26,973 bases of DNA from an uncultured Planctomycetia bacterium (GTDB taxonomy: Bacteria; Omnitrophota; Gorgyraeia; 1-14-0-20-64-10), in assembly GCA_964372575.1 (NCBI GenBank), contig CAYJSX010000002.1, forward strand, positions 1 to 26,973, read 5' to 3'. Of the stretch, positions 22,857 through 26,973 are shown piece after piece. Positions within the stretch are counted from its first letter, which is position 1; each line of letters starts with the position of its first letter. Below the pieces are notes generated by a model that saw only the letters and a list, made by a program, of their open reading frames with translations, was not told the DNA's origin and searched no databases. A program made the position numbers and the translations under genes.

Positions 22857-23126
22857 CTATTTTCGGAGATTCAGACGTTCGATCAGCTTCTGGTATTTTC
22901 CCTTGTCGGAAAGCTTCAGGTATTCCAGAAGCTTTCGACGTTGGCTGACCAGCTTCAGCAACCCTCGGCGGGAATGGTGGTCCTTCCGATGCTCTTTGAA
23001 GTGATCGGTTAGAAGATTGATCCGGTCGGTCAAAAGGGCTATCTGAACAGGCGCCGACCCGGTATCCGTTGAGTGCATCTGAAAGTCTTGGATGCGTTTT
23101 TGCTTTTGAACCGTAACAACTTCCAT
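22857..23126 (-). CDS. rpsO: 30S ribosomal protein S15
   Basis: [50 protein letters not shown]; ATG 23126 gives 89 aa. Confidence 0.97.
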   Translation of the reverse strand: MEVVTVQKQKRIQDFQMHSTDTGSAPVQIALLTDRINLLTDHFKEHRKDHHSRRGLLKLVSQRRKLLEYLKLSDKGKYQKLIERLNLRK

Positions 23127-23151
23127 CGTCCTGCCTTCTATGGGAATAACT

Positions 23152-24129
23152 TTACCACGCTTTAGGCGGCGATGTCCACACCTTTGAGGCTCGGCGTGCA
23201 TCCTGCGCCAGCTGGCGGACCAGCGCCTGGGCCGAAGGGAACCGCCGCTCAGCCCTCAGCCGCCTCAGGAAGGTCACCACCATCTTCCGGCCGTAGAGGG
23301 AGCCCTTGGCGCCAAACAGATGCACCTCCAGCGAAGTTTTCAACAATTGGTGCCAGGCACCATCTGTTGATAACTTCTTTATCCTTTTGAAAGTGGGCCT
23401 TATCCCCACGTTCGCCATGCCAGCGTATGCTCGTCTGCCCATCCTGGCCAAAACCGCGTAGACCCCCCGCAGCGGCAAGACGCCGGCCTCCACCTTCAGG
23501 TTGGCAGTCGGAAATCCAAGCCCTTTACCCCTGCCTGAGCCGCGCACCACTTCTCCTTCCACCGTGACAGGCCTGCCCAGAAATAGACTCGCCCTGCGCA
23601 AATCGCCCTGGGCAATCAGGCCTCGGATCCGGTGGGAAGCGATCCGCTCCCCTCTCACCCGCACCGGAGGCACCACATGGATCTTGAAGCTAAATCGCCT
23701 TCCCAATTCGCGCAGGGTTTCAATTGTGCCGGAGCGTCCTACCCCGAACCCGAAGTCGTGCCCCACCACCACCTCCCGGACGCCAAGCCCCTTGCCGAGA
23801 TAGCACTCCACGAACGACTCGGGACTCAAACGGGAAAAGGCCCTGTTGAACGGGATCACGAGGGCCGCCCGGATTCCCAGGTTGGCAAAGGCCTCCAAGC
23901 GCCCACGGAGCGACAGAAGCATCTGCGGCAACAGCTGAGGCGCCAGCACCGCCAGCGGGTGCGGATAAAAGGTGACGGCAACCGGTGTGCCCCGAATGGC
24001 TCGAGCCCGCAGGAGTGCCCGCTTCAAGATCGCCTGGTGGCCCCGGTGAACGCCGTCAAAGATCCCGATGGCCGCCACCAGCTTGCGCCACCGTGGGGGA
24101 CGGCTGGGCAGCCGGCGAAGAATTTTCAT
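23152..24129 (-). CDS. ribF: Bifunctional riboflavin kinase/FAD synthetase
   Basis: [52 protein letters not shown]. Confidence 0.97.
   Translation of the reverse strand: MKILRRLPSRPPRWRKLVAAIGIFDGVHRGHQAILKRALLRARAIRGTPVAVTFYPHPLAVLAPQLLPQMLLSLRGRLEAFANLGIRAALVIPFNRAFSRLSPESFVECYLGKGLGVREVVVGHDFGFGVGRSGTIETLRELGRRFSFKIHVVPPVRVRGERIASHRIRGLIAQGDLRRASLFLGRPVTVEGEVVRGSGRGKGLGFPTANLKVEAGVLPLRGVYAVLARMGRRAYAGMANVGIRPTFKRIKKLSTDGAWHQLLKTSLEVHLFGAKGSLYGRKMVVTFLRRLRAERRFPSAQALVRQLAQDARRASKVWTSPPKAW
23333..23377. repeat. 45-bp hairpin with GGTGCC-a-GGCACC core, in frame in ribF
   Basis: GAAGTT-t-TCAACA-at-TGGTGCC-a-GGCACCA-tc-TGTTGA-t-AACTTC; encodes [15 protein letters not shown]. Confidence 0.75.
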
Positions 24130-24782
24130 ATCCCCAAGAGATGGCTTGGGCCGGCCTCGTCCAGCTTGACCGCCTGATCGATCGTGTAGGGCCCGACTCG
24201 GATCCGCCTGAGCTTCGCCAGGTAAGCCCCGCAGCCCAGGGCCTTCCCAAGGGCCTGGGCCAGGGCCCGGATGTAGGTCCCTGAAGAACAGATAATCCTA
24301 AAATCCAGCTGAGGTAAATGAACGGCCAATAGCTTGAGCTCATGGATCGTGACCCGGCGGCTTCTGGGAGGAACGGCGACGCCGGCCCGGGCCAGCTCAT
24401 AGGAGCGCCGACCCTTGATCCTCACCGCCGAGTAGGCCGGAATCTCCTGCTCGATCTGGCCGCGAAAATTCGAACAGGCCGACTCGATCTCCTCAGTCCC
24501 CAACGGGCCCACCTCCTGCTCGGTCAGGATCTTGCCTTCGGCGTCCTGGGTATCGGTGGTGACGCCCAGGTGGAAGGTGGCCAGGTAGGCCTTGTCGAAC
24601 AGAAGGAACTGTTGAGCGTGCCGGGTCGCAGAGCCCACGAGCAAAACCAGCAGTCCGGTCGCCATCGGATCCAGGGTCCCCGCGTGTCCCACGCGCTTTA
24701 CCCCCAGTCGGAGGCGGATTTCAGCCACCGCGTCGTGCGAGGTGATGCCGGGGGGTTTATCGATGAGCAGCAGGCCGTCCAT
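24126..24782 (-). CDS. truB: tRNA pseudouridine(55) synthase
   Basis: IDKPPGITSHD, VGHAGTLDPMATGLL, CSSGTYIRAL, LRRIRVG. Confidence 0.97.
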   Translation of the reverse strand: MDGLLLIDKPPGITSHDAVAEIRLRLGVKRVGHAGTLDPMATGLLVLLVGSATRHAQQFLLFDKAYLATFHLGVTTDTQDAEGKILTEQEVGPLGTEEIESACSNFRGQIEQEIPAYSAVRIKGRRSYELARAGVAVPPRSRRVTIHELKLLAVHLPQLDFRIICSSGTYIRALAQALGKALGCGAYLAKLRRIRVGPYTIDQAVKLDEAGPSHLLGI

Positions 24783-24791
24783 ACTTTATGG

Positions 24792-24815
24792 GGTGCCAGG
24801 ATTAATCCTGGCACC
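24792..24815. repeat. Perfect 24-bp palindrome GGTGCCAGGATTAATCCTGGCACC
   Basis: Fully self-complementary; supplies the nrnA TAA at 24804-24802. Confidence 0.9.
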
Positions 24816-25803
24816 GAGGTTTTAGCACCTTGCGTATCTGGGTAAGCAGCTTGCCCCGCACCTGGGCCAGCGTCCCCGGGATGGTGCAGCCGCTGGCCGC
24901 CGGGTGGCCGCCACCTCCAAAATGGCGGGCGATCAGATCCACATTGACCCTTCCCTTGGATCTCAAGTTCACCCGGATCGTCCCGCTTTGATCGGTTTCC
25001 CTTAGGACCATCGCCACCTCGGCCGTCCGGACAGAACGGGGAAAGTTAACCAGCTCATCCAATACCTCTTCGCTCGGCTTGGCTCGCCGAAAGGTGGAGC
25101 GGGGAATCTCCAGCCAAACCACCTTTTCATCCAGCGTATGCTGGACGTCGTTTAAGACCTCTCCCAGAAACCGGATGTCCCCCAAGGAATGGGCCTCGTA
25201 GAGGGCCTGGGCCACCTTCAGGGGACTTACCCCTTTGGCGACGAGCCGGGCGGCGATCTGAAGCACCTCGGGAGTGGTGTTTATGTATCGGAAGGAGCCG
25301 GTATCGGTCACGATGGAGACGTACATGCACAGCGCCTCCCTTTGAGTCGGCTCGAGCCCAAAGGCCTCGTAGAGCCGGTAGATCATCTCCCCTACGGCCG
25401 CCGCCTTGGGATCCACCCAGTTGATGTGGCCAAAGCGCTGGTTGCTCACATGGTGATCGATGCAGATGACGAGAGGCATCCTGCAGACGAACGGCTCCAT
25501 GATCCCTAAGCGGCTTAAGACCGGGACATCCGTTGTGATGGCGCAATCGGCCTGGAAATCGCTTTTGGGCCGGACCAGGACCGGCGCCACCTTCGGGAAG
25601 AAGGAGAGGTTTTCCGGGATCCCCCCCTCCTGCCCCAGCGTCACCTGCTTGCCCAAGCGCGTGAGGAGCGAGGCCAACGCCAGCGCCGAACCCAGCGCGT
25701 CTCCCTCAGGGTTGACGTGGGAGGAGATCAGAAATCGCTGATTCCGGCGGATCGCCTCCACCACGGCCCGCATTCCAGAACGCTTTGAGCTTCTCCCCTT
25801 CAC
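24802..25803 (-). CDS. nrnA: DHH/DHHA1 bifunctional oligoribonuclease/pAp phosphatase
   Basis: SHVNPEGDALGS, IDHHVSN, TDTGSFRY, FGGGGHPAASG; between rbfA and truB. Start may be ATG 25773. Confidence 0.9.
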   Translation of the reverse strand: MKGRSSKRSGMRAVVEAIRRNQRFLISSHVNPEGDALGSALALASLLTRLGKQVTLGQEGGIPENLSFFPKVAPVLVRPKSDFQADCAITTDVPVLSRLGIMEPFVCRMPLVICIDHHVSNQRFGHINWVDPKAAAVGEMIYRLYEAFGLEPTQREALCMYVSIVTDTGSFRYINTTPEVLQIAARLVAKGVSPLKVAQALYEAHSLGDIRFLGEVLNDVQHTLDEKVVWLEIPRSTFRRAKPSEEVLDELVNFPRSVRTAEVAMVLRETDQSGTIRVNLRSKGRVNVDLIARHFGGGGHPAASGCTIPGTLAQVRGKLLTQIRKVLKPRCQD

Positions 25804-26162
25804 GCCTTGCCTTCCTCCTTCAGCCCCCCCAGCAGCTTGGAGATCCGGATGCCCTCGGCCACCGTGGGATCCAACCGAAAGCTGATCTCCGGCGTCACCC
25901 GGATGCGCAGTCTTTCACCGATTAGTTTCCGGATGAAACCAGCGGCGGACTTCAACCCCGCCTCGGTCGCTTGAGCCGAACCGCCGCGCCCACCGGCTTC
26001 TAAGAGGCTGAAGTAGACCGTCGCGTGCTCAAGGTCGGCCGTCAGATCCACCCGGGTCACCGTGACAAAGCCGATCCGAGGGTCCTTGAGCTCATGCTGA
26101 AGGATCCTCGCCACCTCCTCTTTGATCGCCTCGGCCACCCGGTTTAAACGTGGGGAAGCCAT
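25800..26162 (-). CDS. rbfA: Ribosome-binding factor A
   Basis: RLNRVAEAIKEEVARIL..KDPRIGFVTVTRVDLTADL..LRIRVTPEISFRLD; ATG 26162. Confidence 0.95.
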   Translation of the reverse strand: MASPRLNRVAEAIKEEVARILQHELKDPRIGFVTVTRVDLTADLEHATVYFSLLEAGGRGGSAQATEAGLKSAAGFIRKLIGERLRIRVTPEISFRLDPTVAEGIRISKLLGGLKEEGKA

Positions 26163-26190
26163 TTCATCCTCAAGATCAAACGCTCCTGTT

Positions 26191-26472
26191 TCAGAACAGT
26201 TCAATGGAATAATCGGTCAGTTCCAGATCCCGCTGCCGGCGGGAGGCCTCCACCATCCGGTTGAGGAGGCTGTCCACGCTGGCCCGGTCAACCGCCACAC
26301 AGGCGGCCGCCAGGGTGCTGACCTGCCACTTGTCATGCTCATCCGCCTCGCAGACAGAGACGTTGAACTTACTTCTCAATCTCGTTTTGAACCCCAGCAG
26401 GACCTGGCGCTTGGCCTTGAGCGATTGCGCCTCAGGGATGCGAAGCTTCAACTGAAGTAGCCCAATGGTCAT
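26191..26472 (-). CDS. DUF503 (YlxP-like) protein
   Basis: AQSLKAKRQVL..LRSKFNVSVCEADEHDKWQ; usual position just upstream of rbfA. Confidence 0.88.
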   Translation of the reverse strand: MTIGLLQLKLRIPEAQSLKAKRQVLLGFKTRLRSKFNVSVCEADEHDKWQVSTLAAACVAVDRASVDSLLNRMVEASRRQRDLELTDYSIELF

Positions 26473-26480
26473 AGAAAAAC

Positions 26481-26511
26481 AGTTAAGAGTTAAAAGTGGA
26501 GAGTGAAGAAT
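26481..26511. repeat. 7-bp tandem array downstream of the four-helix-bundle gene
   Basis: AGTTAAG AGTTAAA AGTGGAG AGTGAAG AAT. Confidence 0.85.
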
Positions 26512-26897
26512 TAATCTCCATCTTGTGCTATGCCCTTCTTGGAGCTAAGCAAAATGGAAGATAAGATCTTGATGAGCTGTTGAGTTTCATCAAACAGGTC
26601 ACCCAGCTTCTCCCCCTTTACAACCTCGGACGCCTCAATAAGACGAAGCCAGTAGAGAGTTTCAAGAACTTCTTTGTACGCGATCGTCATTCGAGCGATG
26701 AAATCCGCTCTACTCTGCGCCCCCTGAGCCTCATGGATGTTCGCTCCGATCGAAGTTCCCGAGCGGAGGACCTGCTGGCCTAGGACTCGACCGGCGCTGT
26801 CCTCTTCCAACTCCCTGTACAACTGGATGATACGAAGCGAATAGCTGATGCTTCGCTCGGCAATATCCGGTTTCTTGACTTCTGCCGGATTTTTCAT
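26511..26897 (-). CDS. Four helix bundle protein (23S rRNA intervening-sequence protein family)
   Basis: DIAERSISYSLRIIQLY..QQVLRSGTSIGANIHEAQGAQSRADFIARMTIAYKE..ETLYWLRLI. Confidence 0.92.
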   Translation of the reverse strand: MKNPAEVKKPDIAERSISYSLRIIQLYRELEEDSAGRVLGQQVLRSGTSIGANIHEAQGAQSRADFIARMTIAYKEVLETLYWLRLIEASEVVKGEKLGDLFDETQQLIKILSSILLSSKKGIAQDGD

Positions 26898-26973
26898 TCT
26901 TCACTCTTAACTCTTAACTTTTCACTCTTAACTCTTAACTTTTCACTCTTAACTCTTAACTTTTCACTCTTAA
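26896..26973. repeat. 7-bp tandem array (at least 10 units, 21-bp super-period) upstream of the four-helix-bundle gene, truncated by the window end
   Basis: CTTCACT CTTAACT CTTAACT, then (TTTCACT CTTAACT CTTAACT)x2, TTTCACT CTTAA; reverse complement of the 26481 array family. Confidence 0.95.

Noticed and set aside
24126-24782. TruB is short (218 aa, no C-terminal PUA domain)
   Set aside because: Catalytic motifs are intact, the stop overlaps the ribF start cleanly, and short TruB proteins are common.
26511-26897. Diversity-generating retroelement (Avd-like gene)
   Set aside because: No reverse transcriptase or TR/VR pair is in the window. The 64-bp and 35-bp repeats do not show adenine-specific differences over a long tract.
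26899-26973. 21-bp periodic repeat as a CRISPR array
   Set aside because: Contiguous tandem units with no unique spacers.

Overview
GC-rich bacterial chromosome segment. An Omnitrophota/PVC-like origin is only a guess from protein and repeat style. Most of it is a minus-strand housekeeping run: four-helix-bundle gene, DUF503, rbfA, nrnA, truB, ribF, rpsO, pnp, ftsK, rodZ, rimO, pgsA, pgpA, a GT-C glycosyltransferase, then recA, htrA, recX and the 5' part of alaS. A plus-strand block holds cinA, thpR and a YfhO-like gene. A ~5.3 kb accessory island between recA and cinA carries a vapBC pair, two paralogous small-antitoxin/AbiEii-like nucleotidyltransferase pairs, and a signal-peptide-bearing modular protein split by a -1 frameshift. 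That protein's modules are delimited by Pro-rich [AS]GLEE linkers, and its 3' end is duplicated ~1.1 kb downstream. The most striking unannotated layer is short DNA elements. A four-helix-bundle ORF is bracketed exactly, start codon to stop codon, by inverted 7-bp tandem arrays, and orphan 7-bp arrays occur elsewhere. At least four families of small palindromes (GGACAC..GTGTCC, GGTGCCAGG..CCTGGCACC, dRS3-like GTCATTCCC..GGGAAT, GCCCGCC..GGCGGGC) sit in frame inside housekeeping genes or supply their stop codons. No rRNA, tRNA, CRISPR array, transposase or integrase was seen.
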